A DNA stretch of 63,752 nt, counting the filler, from Octopus bimaculoides (taxonomy: Eukaryota), in NCBI RefSeq assembly GCF_001194135.2. It is 6 parts of 6 records of this genome, joined end to end, with 100 filler letters (N's around TTAATTAATTAA, not from the genome) between each part and the next. Parts side by side here need not be neighbours in the genome. Positions count along the whole stretch, not along the records: positions 62,338 to 63,752 come from NW_026365812.1; 5 more parts are not named here. One strand, given 5' to 3'. A program made the translations under genes and the position numbers. The number at the start of each line of letters is the position of its first letter. Positions within the stretch are counted from its first letter, which is position 1. Below are positions 63,601 through 63,752 of this stretch, piece after piece. The notes under the pieces were generated by a model that saw only the letters and a program-made list of their open reading frames with translations, made no database searches and was not told the origin of the DNA.

Positions 63601-63752
63601 TTAATTCCCTTACCTCAAATTTTTTCCAAATTCTCACCACTCCTTAGGGTATTGCCCTTCCATTTCCTTCTTTTTTTTTCTTTCTCTCATGCTTGTTTTA
63701 CGCCTAACCTGCTGTCCACCACTACTTAACCTGCCTTCCTCTAAATTTGAAA

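Overview
AT-rich eukaryotic genomic DNA from a draft assembly with about 20 N-gaps, five of them containing an artificial TTAATTAATTAA spacer. The very high microsatellite density and the tRNA-derived SINE families resemble cephalopod (Octopus) DNA; this is an inference from recognition, not a database result. I can support no intact host protein-coding gene. Nearly all listed ORFs are microsatellite or N-gap artefacts. The window is a mosaic of SINEs (four families labelled here A-D), decayed mariner and Tc1/mariner (DUF4817-type) transposons plus one clean MITE, LINE fragments (RTE, CR1/L2, R4/Dong-like) and Penelope-like element (PLE) remnants. Most notable observations: (1) a type I hammerhead-ribozyme-like motif at 33790-33842 (-) and several variant or decayed relatives; (2) a PLE GIY-YIG endonuclease fragment, missed by the ORF track, bracketed by ~100-bp inverted repeats; (3) a mariner built from two inverted 5' ends; (4) several fold-back hairpins; (5) a recurrent SINE-in-SINE junction; (6) a sharp CpG-depletion boundary at ~54.2 kb that may mark a methylated gene body with unrecognised small exons. 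All translations and counts were done by eye, so coordinates of decayed elements are approximate.
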